From IMG/VR virus record IMGVR_UViG_3300021431_000079, positions 64,001 to 128,000 of that record: DNA of 64,000 nucleotides. The stretch is one strand, 5' to 3'. A program made the translations under genes and the position numbers. Positions 31,167 to 42,648 of the stretch are shown here, one piece after another. This stretch comes from a virus (taxonomy: Duplodnaviria > Caudoviricetes). Position 1 is the first letter of the stretch. Each line of letters opens with the position of its first letter. Under the pieces are notes generated by a model that searched no databases, was not told the DNA's origin, and worked only from the letters and a program-made list of their open reading frames with translations.

Positions 31167-31859
31167 TTGAAATTTGAAAATACAGAAGTGTGGGGATTTG
31201 AACACGCTGTGAGAGGAATGAGAAACCCTTTGGCTTCATGGGATAAAAGTGATAGCACGTTCGAAAATGGTGAAATTAAATTAGGCAAGAGTGACATTGA
31301 TTTGATGCAGAGACTTATTAAGGCGGGATCTCCTGATAGAAAATTTATGAGACAGATCTTTGTAAGTGTAGATATTACAGCACCAATGTACTGGTGGAGT
31401 GAACTTGACACTTATAAAGTTGGAACTGTCGCAAACAGCACTTCTAAAATGCACAAGCTTGCGTCAACACCAATCACTTTAGATTGTTTTGAGACGGATG
31501 ATTTCAATCATACATTAAAATTATTTGACAGTGAGCCATATAAAGAAGATGTTTATATTGATGATGCGTGGGAAGATATAATTTGTGTATGCGAAACATT
31601 AAGAAAAAGATGTCTTGAAACAAAAGACAAGCGCTATTGGAAAGAATTAATTCGAATTCTTCCTGAGTCATGGCTTCAGACAAGAACAGTAACTATGAAC
31701 TACGAGAATATTTATTCAATGATCCGTCAGAGAAAATTCCACAAGTTGAATGAATGGAGTGGAAAAGATGATTTGAACAAACCTAACTTCATTGCTTGGG
31801 CGAAGACACTTCCTTATGCTGAAGAGTTGTTGTTCTATGGATTAGATAGCAAAGAATAA
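31167..31859 (+). CDS. Divergent ThyX-like (flavin-dependent thymidylate synthase fold) phage protein
   Basis: RKFMRQIFVSVDITAPMYWWSELDTY, LPESWLQ, R..HKLNEW; canonical RHR motif absent. Confidence 0.45.
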   Translation: MKFENTEVWGFEHAVRGMRNPLASWDKSDSTFENGEIKLGKSDIDLMQRLIKAGSPDRKFMRQIFVSVDITAPMYWWSELDTYKVGTVANSTSKMHKLASTPITLDCFETDDFNHTLKLFDSEPYKEDVYIDDAWEDIICVCETLRKRCLETKDKRYWKELIRILPESWLQTRTVTMNYENIYSMIRQRKFHKLNEWSGKDDLNKPNFIAWAKTLPYAEELLFYGLDSKE

Positions 31860-32619
31860 AAAGTGAGTAAAAATATAAATGACAAGATTTGATATTATAA
31901 AAAACAGTACAGTAGAACAGATTGCAAGACTATTATGTGATAATGTTATGTGGGGTATGCAAGCAAAAGATTCAGAAGAGTATGATAGGCTTTGTAAAAT
32001 GTGTGTTGCGTCTTCTAAGTGTAAATATGGACATAATGGTTTTATAGACTGGTTGGGTGAAGATGTGGATGTAGGTGAAGACAATGAAAAATAATTTTGA
32101 TTTTACATGGAAATATAAAGATTTCGAAATCCGCACAACGCACAGTTATGGTAAAGTTCAAAGACCATATGTTGAACTGATTTATCATTATTTGGATGAT
32201 AACGGACGAGATTATTGTTTTACACTTGCCTATTGGCATAAAAATCAGAGCGGTGGATATGACTTAATTTTTGTGGGAGACAGACCGTTAGAATATATTG
32301 CAGAGATTGATGTATCTGTAATTTGGAAGCAATTATATTTAGCACAACAAATGTTCGAAGATGCTGAGGCAAGAGATGGAGATAGCGACTTATACCGTTA
32401 AAGATTGCAGAACATGTAAATTTTATAAGAAAATAATAAACTTTCATTGTGTGCACAATGAATACGGTGGACAATCGTGTAAGTGTATAAATGAAGATGG
32501 GTTTGGATGTTTAGGTTTTGCTAATAAAGGAATAGTAATGCACAAAACAAGTGACAACAAAAACATATATAGTCCATGTAAAATGTACATAACAAAATAT
32601 TAAAGGGGTAAAAGTAATA

Positions 32620-33246
32620 ATGGGATGCGATATACATATAAATTGTGAGATTAAAACTTCTGATGGATATTGGGAGAACTGTGACTTCTTCACCATTGAT
32701 CCAACATATAAATCTCTAAAAGGCGATCCAGAACGTCCACCTAAATGGCTGATCAAGCAGGTTGATGTTGGAAGAAATTATGCTCTGTTCGGTGTATTAG
32801 CAGGAGTAAGAGATAGAAGTCACCCAATGATAAGTGAACCAAGGGGTATTCCTGATAACATATCTAAGCAAACAAAGAAAAGATATCTTAGAGAATCAGA
32901 ATGGGGTTGTCATTCGTATTCGTGGTTAACGCTCAAAGAGCTTCTTGATTATAGGACTCAGTATGAAAACAAGTATTGTTGTGGATACGTTACGGATACT
33001 GGATTGGAAAATATAAATATTTATGGATCGCCAGAACCAGAACATGTTTCCAAACATATGTATGATGAATATTTTCATTATGCGTCATGGAAAGACGAAC
33101 TTCTTAGTTCATTTGATTCATTTCTTAATGAATTATATGAAAGACTTGACTGGGCTTTTGGTATCTATGGATTTCATTATATTAAGAACGATTTAAGAAA
33201 AAACTTTTGTGATAAATTTAGAATAGTATTTTGGTTTGATAGTTAA
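32620..33246 (+). CDS. Hypothetical phage protein (MGCDIH family)
   Basis: MGCDIH, RNYALFGVLAGVR, HSYSWLTL, RIVFWFDS. Confidence 0.7.
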   Translation: MGCDIHINCEIKTSDGYWENCDFFTIDPTYKSLKGDPERPPKWLIKQVDVGRNYALFGVLAGVRDRSHPMISEPRGIPDNISKQTKKRYLRESEWGCHSYSWLTLKELLDYRTQYENKYCCGYVTDTGLENINIYGSPEPEHVSKHMYDEYFHYASWKDELLSSFDSFLNELYERLDWAFGIYGFHYIKNDLRKNFCDKFRIVFWFDS

Positions 33247-33322
33247 TGTATAAATAACATACTAAAACAAAAACTATTCGTGTAATGACAATCCCCTTTT
33301 TGCGATAAGATGCAGAATAAAG

Positions 33323-34396
33323 ATGATGGAGTTACATATGAACATTGATAGGATCAGAAATGAATTAAACACAGACAAATATGACTTTCTAAGAAAAGCT
33401 CCTCTAAAAGATCATATCATCCTACTTGGACTTGGTGGTAGTTATGCTTATGGTACGAACGTAGAAACAAGTGATATAGATGTCAGAGGAGTTGCTACGC
33501 ATAGTGCTGATGATATAGTAACTTGCTCTGGGTTTGAACAGGTTGAAAATCATGTAACTGATACGGTAGTTTATTCCTTGGAAAAGATGATGTCTCTTTT
33601 ATCTAATTGCAATCCTAACACCATAGAGATACTTGGGCTTGAACCATGGCAGTATTTTTACTTATCTGATATTGGACATGATTTAATTAAAAATGCTGAT
33701 ATGTTTTTATCAAAGAAAGCATTCAATTCTTTTGGTGGATATGCAACGGCTCAGTTAAGACGCTTAGACAATAAGGCGGCAAGGCTTATCAGTCAGTCTC
33801 AGCAAGAACAGCACATATTAGCAAGTGTCAATAGGGCAAGAGAAACATTTAAAGAAAAATACTTCAATTATCCAGAAGACTCAATTAATCTCTATATTGA
33901 TACAGCAGTCCAAGAAGATTATGACACAGAGATATTTATGGATGTTAATTTGAAACATTATCCTTTGAGAGACTTCAAGGATATGTGGTCTGAGATGCAT
34001 AATATTGTTAAGGATTATTCTAAATTTGGCAAAAGGAATAAGAGTGCGATAGAACACGACAGGCTTGCTAAACATATGATGCATTTGATCAGATTATACC
34101 TCATGTGTTTTGATATCCTTGAAGATGGCAAGATCGTTACATATAGGAGAAAAGATCATGACCTGTTAATGTCTATCAGGAATGGTAAGTATCTTGATGA
34201 AGATAAACAACCAACCAAAGAGTTTTATGATATGGTTGACGAGTATGAAAACAAGCTCGACAAATTAAAAGAGACAACACCACTACCTGATAAACCAGAT
34301 TACGACAGAATCAAAAACTTTTTGAAGAATACAAATTATAATATTGTAAAAAATAGGCTTCGGCATTCATATGTGATAGGGTCTGAAGGAGATTAA
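33323..34396 (+). CDS. Pol-beta superfamily nucleotidyltransferase (Nuc-transf/YcgL-like)
   Basis: GGSYAYGTN..SDIDVRG, NPNTIE, KHMMHLIRL. Confidence 0.85.
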   Translation: MMELHMNIDRIRNELNTDKYDFLRKAPLKDHIILLGLGGSYAYGTNVETSDIDVRGVATHSADDIVTCSGFEQVENHVTDTVVYSLEKMMSLLSNCNPNTIEILGLEPWQYFYLSDIGHDLIKNADMFLSKKAFNSFGGYATAQLRRLDNKAARLISQSQQEQHILASVNRARETFKEKYFNYPEDSINLYIDTAVQEDYDTEIFMDVNLKHYPLRDFKDMWSEMHNIVKDYSKFGKRNKSAIEHDRLAKHMMHLIRLYLMCFDILEDGKIVTYRRKDHDLLMSIRNGKYLDEDKQPTKEFYDMVDEYENKLDKLKETTPLPDKPDYDRIKNFLKNTNYNIVKNRLRHSYVIGSEGD

Positions 34397-34544
34397 AAAT
34401 GCCAGATGATTTTTATGAGTGGTTAGATGCGAAATGCCCAGAAGGAATGGACGAATTTACATTCCTTCATAAGTGGATGGCATGGGGAATAGCACACGAG
34501 TATTTCATTGTTATTGCAAATGATACTATGTGAAAAGGTGACAA

Positions 34545-34678
34545 TATGCGGTGGCGAAATAGGTAAACGCTTAGATGTAAGGCTCAGTACCTTTAGAGTA
34601 AACTGCGATAGCGAGAGCGAGTGCAGAACTTGGGTTGCGATCTGTGGCTATGTGAGGTGCAAATCCTCACCCTCATTA
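34545..34678 (+). ncRNA. Expanded tRNA-like RNA, paralog of 10106-10253
   Basis: GCGGTGGCGAAATAGGTAAACGCTTAG 5' part; GTGAGG-TGCAAAT-CCTCAC T-arm; long structured insert. Confidence 0.6.
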
Positions 34679-34752
34679 TGAGCCTTTTGCTTTTTCACAA
34701 AGATCGCTTATAGAAAGTGGCACATATAGATATTTTAAGTAAGGAGTCGTAG

Positions 34753-35499
34753 ATGAAGTATTATATCGCAGACCTGCATTTTGGTCATGGTAACTTGAAT
34801 CAGTACATGGATCATAGAGGATTCTCTTCTGTAGAAGAGATGAATGAATATATGATTCAGCAGTGGAACAGTGTGGTAAAAGCACATGATGAAGTTTATA
34901 TTCTTGGGGACTTATTCTGGAAGGTGGAAGAACCTAAAGATGTTGTTCGCACACTTAATCGTATGCATGGAAAGAAATATCTGATCCGTGGTAATCATGA
35001 TAGCAGATGGTTGTCAGATTATGATAACGAAAAGTATCATTGCTTTAAGTGGATTAAAGATTATGCAGAAATCAGCGACAACAAAAGAAGAGTGCTTCTG
35101 TTCCACTATCCCATTATGTCGTATAACCATCAGTTCAGTGAAAAGACTTGGATGTTGTATGGACATATTCATTTTACTCAGGATGTAGACTTGGTTGAAG
35201 CTTACAAAGATGCTTGTAAAAAAGATATAAGAGTGGATGAGAAACATGGGATTACTGAATCACCATATGTTCATATGATCAACTGTTTCTGTGTGGCCTC
35301 TGATTATAAGCCGCTGACGCTTGATCAGTGGATTGAGATGGAAGAAAGTGGAAAATTAAAAAGAGTCGAGACAAGTAATGGAGTATTGGAGTATACAATA
35401 GAAAACACAAAAATACAAGCGTGGCTTAATTCCAATAATGATATATGTATTATAAATCCACGTTCAAAAAAAACCACTGAAGATCAAAGAAGCATTTGA
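34753..35499 (+). CDS. Calcineurin-like metallophosphoesterase
   Basis: DLHFGH, LGD, GNHD, HYP, GHIH. Confidence 0.9.
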   Translation: MKYYIADLHFGHGNLNQYMDHRGFSSVEEMNEYMIQQWNSVVKAHDEVYILGDLFWKVEEPKDVVRTLNRMHGKKYLIRGNHDSRWLSDYDNEKYHCFKWIKDYAEISDNKRRVLLFHYPIMSYNHQFSEKTWMLYGHIHFTQDVDLVEAYKDACKKDIRVDEKHGITESPYVHMINCFCVASDYKPLTLDQWIEMEESGKLKRVETSNGVLEYTIENTKIQAWLNSNNDICIINPRSKKTTEDQRSI

Positions 35500-35532
35500 T
35501 TTGGAAAACAAAGAAATATAAGGAGAACAATA

Positions 35533-36339
35533 ATGTTTGATGAATTAGGCAATAGAATGAAGAAATTTTATGAAGAAATCCCTAAAACAAGGCTTATGCG
35601 CAGAACACCAGTGATTATTAGGTTGGATGGCAAGGCTTTTCACACGTTCACAAGGGGCTTCAAAACACCATTTGATGGGGTTTTAAATCAGTCGATGCGT
35701 GATACAATGGAGTACCTTTGCAAGAATATTCAGGGCTGTGTGCTTGGTTATACGCAGTCTGATGAGATCACTTTGGTTCTCTGCGACTATCAAACATTAG
35801 ATACTTCCGCATGGTTTGATTACGAGATACAGAAGCTTTGTTCAGTATCTGCTTCCATGGCAACACTTGCATTTAATAAAGCACTCATAAGAAATATTAA
35901 TTTATATGTTACGTATGAGGCTATACATAAAGAAGATAATGATGATAAATATTTGTTAACACTAAAACACGCTATTAATAAAGGTGCTATGTTTGACTCA
36001 AGATGCTTCAACATTCCCAAGGAAGAGGTGGCGAATCTCTTATATTGGAGACAATCTGATTGTATGCGTAACTCAGTATCTATGGTGGGAAGGTGTTATT
36101 TTTCTGACAAAGAACTATATAAGAAATCAACAAACGATATAATAAATATGCTTGCTGAAAAAGGATACAACTATTTTGAAGACACACCGCTCCATTATCA
36201 AAGAGGAAGCTGTTGCGTGAAATTTAATGCTGAAGATAATGAACAGTTAAAAACTAATTGGATAGTTGATTTGGAAATCCCAGTATTTAAGAAAGATGGA
36301 AGAGAATACATCGAAAAGAGGATAAGGTTTGATAAGTAA
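35533..36339 (+). CDS. tRNA-His guanylyltransferase / Thg1-like 3'-5' polymerase
   Basis: RMK.YE, RLDGKAFH, YTQSDEI, FDSR, WRQ.D..RNS. Confidence 0.92.
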   Translation: MFDELGNRMKKFYEEIPKTRLMRRTPVIIRLDGKAFHTFTRGFKTPFDGVLNQSMRDTMEYLCKNIQGCVLGYTQSDEITLVLCDYQTLDTSAWFDYEIQKLCSVSASMATLAFNKALIRNINLYVTYEAIHKEDNDDKYLLTLKHAINKGAMFDSRCFNIPKEEVANLLYWRQSDCMRNSVSMVGRCYFSDKELYKKSTNDIINMLAEKGYNYFEDTPLHYQRGSCCVKFNAEDNEQLKTNWIVDLEIPVFKKDGREYIEKRIRFDK

Positions 36340-36832
36340 TATAGAAATAAATGAAATATTTATGCCAATCGAAAGAAAGAAGCTTGAAGAGTTAACCAAA
36401 AAGATATCTTTTGATCTTAATTTATTTTTCAAAAATAATCACATTAAATGTCACTGTAAAAAAGTTTCTAAATATTCATTTAATATTCTGTATTATTTTG
36501 ATGATGTGGAAGAAGATTGCTTACTGGCAACAGTTGATTTTCGTAACGATGTAATTACAGCGAATGCTGAGATACTTACAGAACTCGAATATGATATCTT
36601 TTATGAAATGTGGCTCGATTCTAAATATAATAAATACTTTAATAACGATGAAGAAAAATATGATTTGAGTATTATTCCGTATGATGTTGTCTATAATTTT
36701 TTTATTGAAAGATTGAATTATACATTTCTTGAAAAACATCATTTCATTCAGGAATGGACAAATGTTTATAAGCTGATGATAGAAAAAATTGAAAGTGCAT
36801 TTAATCTAAAAAAACAACAGGAGTAATTACAT

Positions 36833-37138
36833 ATGATACTTTGTTTTGAATTATCAATGCCTAATAGGGGCAGTTGGAATGGAAGATGGAGCGGCGAGAA
36901 GGATATTCATGTCATTACGAAAACAGATAGAGATATTGGCAAAAAGCGCATTCAAGAGCTTGATGGTAAATATTTCTTTTATCGTTGGGATGATGGATGG
37001 ACAGCTTGTGTTGACTGCAAAATAATTGATGCTAAAGAAGCCGCAAGATTAAGAAAGCTTAACAGAGGATTCTGCGGATATGATTGGATGGTCAACAGTA
37101 TTATCTATAAAGATAGAATAGAATATGCGAGGTACTAA
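36833..37138 (+). CDS. Hypothetical protein
   Basis: ELSMPNRGSWNGRWSG...GFCGYDWMV. Confidence 0.65.
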   Translation: MILCFELSMPNRGSWNGRWSGEKDIHVITKTDRDIGKKRIQELDGKYFFYRWDDGWTACVDCKIIDAKEAARLRKLNRGFCGYDWMVNSIIYKDRIEYARY

Positions 37139-37756
37139 TATGCTTACTTGTGATCTTGAAAGTATCAATCTGGGTGCTGCTTGGCATAAAGCTGTTGGAG
37201 ACAGAAAGATCGTTGTTATCAATGGTGTTGGTGGATCTGGCAAAGACACTTTTGTATTTACGGTTACCGATCTTCTGAAGAAAATTATTAACCCCAGTTT
37301 ATTTGCAGATGATTCCGTTTCTATTGTAAAAACATCTCTACAATTGATTGCGTGAAACATGCGGCGATGAGATTAGGGTGGAAGTATGGCAACAAAGATG
37401 ATAAGAGCAGAAAGTTTCTGTCAGAAATAAAAAAGCTGTCTTGTGCTTATAATGATATGCCGTATCAGGATTGCAGACAGAAGATATATTTGGGTAATTA
37501 CAAAATCTGTTTTGTGCATTGTAGAGAGCCAGAAGAGATTCAGAGATTTAAGGATGAATTCAATGCAACAACATTATTGATAACAAGACATAGTGTTGAT
37601 ATACCAGATAATTCATCTGATCGAAATGTGTTTGATTTTGAATATGATATGTACATTAATAATGATGGCAGTTTTTCAGACTTAAAGAAGGAAGCAATTA
37701 AATTTATTAAGAATATGGGTATGGAAGAATGGATGGTGAACAAGATTGATGATTAA
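37125..37756 (+). pseudogene. P-loop (dNMP-kinase-like) gene split by a -1 frameshift at an A5 run
   Basis: GVGGSGKDT in ORF1; adding one A at 37328-37332 gives VKNISTIDCVKHAAMRLGW continuing into ORF2. Confidence 0.65.
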
Positions 37757-37952
37757 GTTGTATTCGACTGGTTGCCCTAAGTGTAACGTTTTAAAGAAAA
37801 AGTTAGAAATGAAGCACATCGAATATGAAGAAGATGGTGATGTTGACTTTTTATTAAAGAACGGCATTCAGCAAGTGCCGATTTTAGATGTGGATGGACA
37901 GTTATTAAATTTCACAGAAGCGAATAAATGGATTAATAATTATAGAAACTAA
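37749..37952 (+). CDS. Glutaredoxin-like protein (NrdH-type)
   Basis: CPKC, VPIL; directly upstream of nrdD. Confidence 0.8.
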   Translation: MIKLYSTGCPKCNVLKKKLEMKHIEYEEDGDVDFLLKNGIQQVPILDVDGQLLNFTEANKWINNYRN

Positions 37953-37977
37953 GAAAAGAGAGTTAAAATGATGCCTC

Positions 37978-39927
37978 ATGAAAATAGATATTAAATTGAT
38001 TAAGAATTTTGTATCACAATACAATAAATTACAAGCTGAATTTGGAACTGATATATCCGAATTAAATGGTTTTGGTGATGATCAGTTAAGTTATACGGAC
38101 TTCATTGATAATTTTATTGATGAAGATACTGTAGCAAACTCAAGTATTGATGGCAATTCAAATGTTGCTCATAAAGATATTGTAACATTAGAGAGAGAAA
38201 TGCCTAAGCCGCACTCAAAATTACTGGCATTTAATAAAATATATTATGAGATATCAAAAAAGTTTGGATTTAAAATCGCAAATGATTGGTTGAGGCTTGA
38301 GTGGACTGGCTCTCTTTATATGCATGATGCACCGTCAAGTACATTCCGCTCATATTGTTTTGCCTATGATCTTAAAGACCTTGCTGAGAAGGGATTATAC
38401 TTTATTGATGGACAGAATCCAGAACCCGCAAAGCACCTTACTACTTTTGTTGATTTTGTGAAAGAGTTTGTAAGCTTTGCTTGTAACAGGACAAGCGGCG
38501 CGGTGGGCTTGTCTAACATAATACCATATATGTATTATTTCTGGAAGAAGGATGTTGACAGTGATTATTTGGGTATCAAAACTTCACATAATGAGAAGTA
38601 TTATGCAAGACAGAACTTCCAGAGATTTATCTATGCAGTCAATCAACCATATGTAAGAGACGGATCGCAGAGTGCCTTTACAAATACATCTGTGTTTGAT
38701 CATGAATATTTTGAAGCTTTATTTGGTGGTGCTGAGTTCCCTGACGGAACATTCATGATTGATTTCGAAGAAGAAATTATTGACTTCCAGAAATGGTATA
38801 TGGAAGTTATGGCAGAAATCAGAAGCACGAATATGTTTACTTTCCCTGTTTCTACAATTTCTCTTCTTAGACAAAACCATAAATTTGTTGACGAGGATTT
38901 TGCCAAGTGGGCTGTTAAACATAATATGAAGTGGTCAGACAGCAATCTCTTTGTAGATAGTACAGTTAATTCATTAAGTAATTGCTGTAGGTTAAAAAGT
39001 AATATAGAAGATCTGGGGTATTTTAACAGTATCGGAGGAACTGCTTTAAAGGTTGGTTCAGTAAAAGTAAACACAATCAACCTCGCAAGACTCGCACTTG
39101 ACTCAAAAAATGAGGACGAATACTTGGAAAATCTTCGGTATAGAGCATATGTGTGCTTATGTGCTTTGGATGCGGTAAGACATATCATCCAGAGAAATGT
39201 AGAGAAGGGCATTCTTCCTAATTTTACTTATGGCCTGATTGATTTTGAGCATCTTTATAACACAATAGGATTTTTGGGGATCTATGAAACCATGAAGAAG
39301 TTTGGTTATATTACAATTGATGAATTCGGAAATACTTTTTACACAGAAGAAGCATCAAAATTTGGCAAAAAGATTTTTGAAACCATAAGATCAACAGCCG
39401 ATGAATTCATCAAAGAATACAACTGCAACTATCAGATCAATACAGAACAAATTCCCGGAGAATCAGCGGCGGCAAAACTTATGAAGAAGGATAAGTTTTT
39501 TTATCCAAGAGCAAAGATTTATGATCTTCCGCTTTATGGAAATCAGTTTATCCCGCTTGGTGTAAAAACAACACTTCAAGAACGTGTAAGAATTCAAGCA
39601 TTGTTTGACAGCTATTGCAATGGCGGTTCGATTCTTCATGCGAATATTGATGCACCATTTGATAGCTTTGAAAAAGCATGGAAAGTAACAGAGTATATCG
39701 CAGATCAAGGTGTTACATATTTTGCATTTAATACAAAAATTCAGGCTTGTAAAAACAATCACGCATTTTACGGAGATAAATGTCCAGTATGTGGTAATTC
39801 AGTAAGCACTGAATACACGAGAATTGTAGGATTTTACACACCAATTAAAACATGGTCTAAAGAAAGAACTGATGAATACAAGCTTCGCAGGTGGGAGCAG
39901 GTCAACAAAACTTCGGAAGAAATATAA
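37978..39927 (+). CDS. nrdD: Anaerobic ribonucleoside-triphosphate reductase
   Basis: YMHD, YCF, FTFPV, NCCRL, EQIPGES, Zn site C..H..CPVCG, glycyl radical motif TRIVGF. Confidence 0.92.
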   Translation: MKIDIKLIKNFVSQYNKLQAEFGTDISELNGFGDDQLSYTDFIDNFIDEDTVANSSIDGNSNVAHKDIVTLEREMPKPHSKLLAFNKIYYEISKKFGFKIANDWLRLEWTGSLYMHDAPSSTFRSYCFAYDLKDLAEKGLYFIDGQNPEPAKHLTTFVDFVKEFVSFACNRTSGAVGLSNIIPYMYYFWKKDVDSDYLGIKTSHNEKYYARQNFQRFIYAVNQPYVRDGSQSAFTNTSVFDHEYFEALFGGAEFPDGTFMIDFEEEIIDFQKWYMEVMAEIRSTNMFTFPVSTISLLRQNHKFVDEDFAKWAVKHNMKWSDSNLFVDSTVNSLSNCCRLKSNIEDLGYFNSIGGTALKVGSVKVNTINLARLALDSKNEDEYLENLRYRAYVCLCALDAVRHIIQRNVEKGILPNFTYGLIDFEHLYNTIGFLGIYETMKKFGYITIDEFGNTFYTEEASKFGKKIFETIRSTADEFIKEYNCNYQINTEQIPGESAAAKLMKKDKFFYPRAKIYDLPLYGNQFIPLGVKTTLQERVRIQALFDSYCNGGSILHANIDAPFDSFEKAWKVTEYIADQGVTYFAFNTKIQACKNNHAFYGDKCPVCGNSVSTEYTRIVGFYTPIKTWSKERTDEYKLRRWEQVNKTSEEI

Positions 39928-40436
39928 TGAAACCAATAACAACAGAAATAACCGAAACCATAACAGTAAAAGGAATTATAGATGAGGACTTTATAAATTA
40001 TAAGAGTCCGTCTATGACCATTATGTTTCCATATTGTACTTTTAAATGCGAGACAAATGAAGGTGTCCATTGTCATAATTCTTCATTGGTTAATGAGCCG
40101 AATATTAAAATAGCTATAAAAGATATTTACAAAAGATACGCTTCAAATCCAATAACAGAGGCTATTGTTTGCCAAGGACTTGAACCATTTGATTCATGGC
40201 AGGAGCTTAATGGATTGTTGTTTCATTTTAAGATACATGAGTCATGCCATGATATGTTTGTGATCTATACTGGTTATACCAAAGATGAGATTATGGATAA
40301 GGTGTCTTACATACAAGCAATGTACAGTAACGTGATTATAAAATACGGAAGATTTATTCCGAATAACAAAAAACATTTTGATGAAACGCTTGGTGTGTAT
40401 TTAAGTAGTGATAACCAGTATGCAGAAAGAATATAA
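39927..40436 (+). CDS. nrdG: Anaerobic RNR activating protein
   Basis: C..KC......CHN, GLEP, IYTGY, KYGRF, SDNQ; overlaps the nrdD stop. Confidence 0.85.
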   Translation: MKPITTEITETITVKGIIDEDFINYKSPSMTIMFPYCTFKCETNEGVHCHNSSLVNEPNIKIAIKDIYKRYASNPITEAIVCQGLEPFDSWQELNGLLFHFKIHESCHDMFVIYTGYTKDEIMDKVSYIQAMYSNVIIKYGRFIPNNKKHFDETLGVYLSSDNQYAERI

Positions 40437-40501
40437 AGATGTGTATGTCCATTATTATTTACAAAAGTACATATAAATGTATATAATAATGGACAACCAT
40501 T

Positions 40502-40555
40502 AAGCCCAACATAATTAAGGTATAAAGTGTATTTTAATTGTGTTGGGCTTTTTTT
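40502..40555 (+). terminator. Rho-independent terminator
   Basis: AAGCCCAAC...GTTGGGCTT + T-tract. Confidence 0.75.
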
Positions 40556-40575
40556 GACTTAAAATTAAAATGTGC

Positions 40576-40604
40576 TTGACAAAATAAGTTATATATGATA
40601 TCAT
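40576..40604 (+). promoter_or_regulatory. Sigma-A promoter
   Basis: TTGACA-17 bp-TATCAT with TG. Confidence 0.8.
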
Positions 40605-40648
40605 ACAACATATAAATAATATCAACGCACCAGAAAGGATGTTAAAAT

Positions 40649-41164
40649 ATGATAAAAATCAGATATGGAGTATTTGAAACTAATTCATCGTCCTGCCATT
40701 CTATTTCCTTTTCAAATAAATATAAACGAATCACTAAGAGCAAATTAAAATATGAGACAACAAAAGACAATGCAAAAGAGCTAAGAGATATTGTTAATGG
40801 CAATTACGATCATAGCTTAGAAATTCCACTTGGAGAATTTGGGTGGGGAGTTCAAACATATAATGATTGTTATACAAAGTTACAGTATGCATTAACTATG
40901 GCTTATGTAACAGAGTGTGGGTATTCGTCAAATGGACAGGGCTTTGAAGAAACAGATGGATACAAAAAGATTTTAGATTTGCTCAAAGAAGAAATTGGAT
41001 GTGAGTTTTTGATTGTGAGTAATTTTGAAGATGGTTATATTGATCATCAGTCTTGTTACGATTACTCATCATTAGCTGATTTTCTAAGTGATTGGGGTGT
41101 ATCACTGTACGACTTTATTTTTAATCCTTATGTAAAGCTTAATATAGACAACGACAATCACTGA
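40649..41164 (+). CDS. Hypothetical phage protein (FETNSSS family)
   Basis: IRYGVFETNSSSCHS, GYIDHQS, DNDN. Confidence 0.7.
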   Translation: MIKIRYGVFETNSSSCHSISFSNKYKRITKSKLKYETTKDNAKELRDIVNGNYDHSLEIPLGEFGWGVQTYNDCYTKLQYALTMAYVTECGYSSNGQGFEETDGYKKILDLLKEEIGCEFLIVSNFEDGYIDHQSCYDYSSLADFLSDWGVSLYDFIFNPYVKLNIDNDNH

Positions 41165-41175
41165 TGGGAGGATAA

Positions 41176-42099
41176 ATGAAAAAGATATCTGACTACATGA
41201 ATGGGAATGTTCACATTACTCTGTATGATAATGGAACACGCATTATGGATTCTGGTGAGGATGATTATTTTGATTTTGCGTATCCAACCAATACAGATAT
41301 AACAATCACGAAAAAGTGTGATGGCAACTGTCCTTGGTGTTATCTTGGGTGTACGAAAAATGGTGAACACGCTGACTTAATGAGTTGGAAGTTTTTTGAC
41401 ACTATACCATCTGGTATAGAGATGGCAATTAACCTTAATGATATGTCTCATCCTCAGCTTGAAGAGTTCCTACTTAAGATGAAGAATAAAAGCATCTTTG
41501 TCAATGGTACAATTAATGAGAAACATTTTCTTAAACACTATGACATAATTAAAAAATATGCAGATGAAGGATTACTTCATGGAGTCGGAATATCTCTTAC
41601 AGATCCAACAGATGAATTTATTGATAAAGTCAGCACAATCCGCAATGCTGTTGTTCATATAGTCAATGGTCTCTTTACAAAAGATGATTACATAAAAACG
41701 TATAACAAGAATCTTAAGCTTCTGATACTTGGATATAAGGATATTGGGAGAGGATATGGATTTCAGGTTGTTCATCAAGACGAAATTAAAGAGAACCAAG
41801 ATTTCTTATATTCTATTCTCCCTGTTATGATGTTAGAGTATGATGTGATAAGTTTTGATAACTTAGCAATAGAACAATTAAAGATCAAGGATTTTGTTTC
41901 AAAAGAAGAGTGGGATAGGTTATATCAGGGTGATGATGGAACAAGTACATTTGCAATAGATCTTGTAGATGGAACATTCAGTAGAAACTCGATGGAGAGG
42001 AATAAGAAATACCCCATTTCAAATAGTATCACAGATATGTTTGATACGATTAAAAAAGAGAGGCTAAATGATCTTAATAAGGAATACAATCATTATTAA
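41176..42099 (+). CDS. Radical SAM protein
   Basis: CDGNCPWC (CxxxCxxC). Confidence 0.8.
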   Translation: MKKISDYMNGNVHITLYDNGTRIMDSGEDDYFDFAYPTNTDITITKKCDGNCPWCYLGCTKNGEHADLMSWKFFDTIPSGIEMAINLNDMSHPQLEEFLLKMKNKSIFVNGTINEKHFLKHYDIIKKYADEGLLHGVGISLTDPTDEFIDKVSTIRNAVVHIVNGLFTKDDYIKTYNKNLKLLILGYKDIGRGYGFQVVHQDEIKENQDFLYSILPVMMLEYDVISFDNLAIEQLKIKDFVSKEEWDRLYQGDDGTSTFAIDLVDGTFSRNSMERNKKYPISNSITDMFDTIKKERLNDLNKEYNHY

Positions 42100-42648
42100 T
42101 ATAGTCATCCTTGTTCTTATTCGAATTTCTAAAGAACAGGAAGGAGTGTGCTAATGAAGCCAAGAATGAAGACAATTAACACGGCAGGATGTTCAAAGTG
42201 CCAATATTGCACTTTGGATGAATCAGATAAATCAAACATAAAAGTTAACTGCTCTGCACATGATAAAACATATACATATGGCAAACGAATAGAGTGTGAA
42301 GATTTCTTGAGAAGATCATAAATTAAAAGACATGAACAAAGATCAGCTTTTTGAATTTGAGTATTCTTTCTATGATAAATTGCAAATCTCATATAAGAAA
42401 CGAGATACATTATTATATAGAAGAGAGTGTTTCCTGAAGCATCGTGATAAAATGAAGAGACTTGCTAATGATGTTTACTTGTGGATTCCAAGCGGATATT
42501 TAATCAGAAATAATAACGGTAAGGAATATGTAAAAAGATTCTATCGTGGACAGAGAAGCAGTTACTTAAAACAGATTGGAAATAAAGCAGTAAGAAGATA
42601 TAAACACTCGTTACCCAACAAAGGTGACTATAAAAAGGTGTTTGATTT

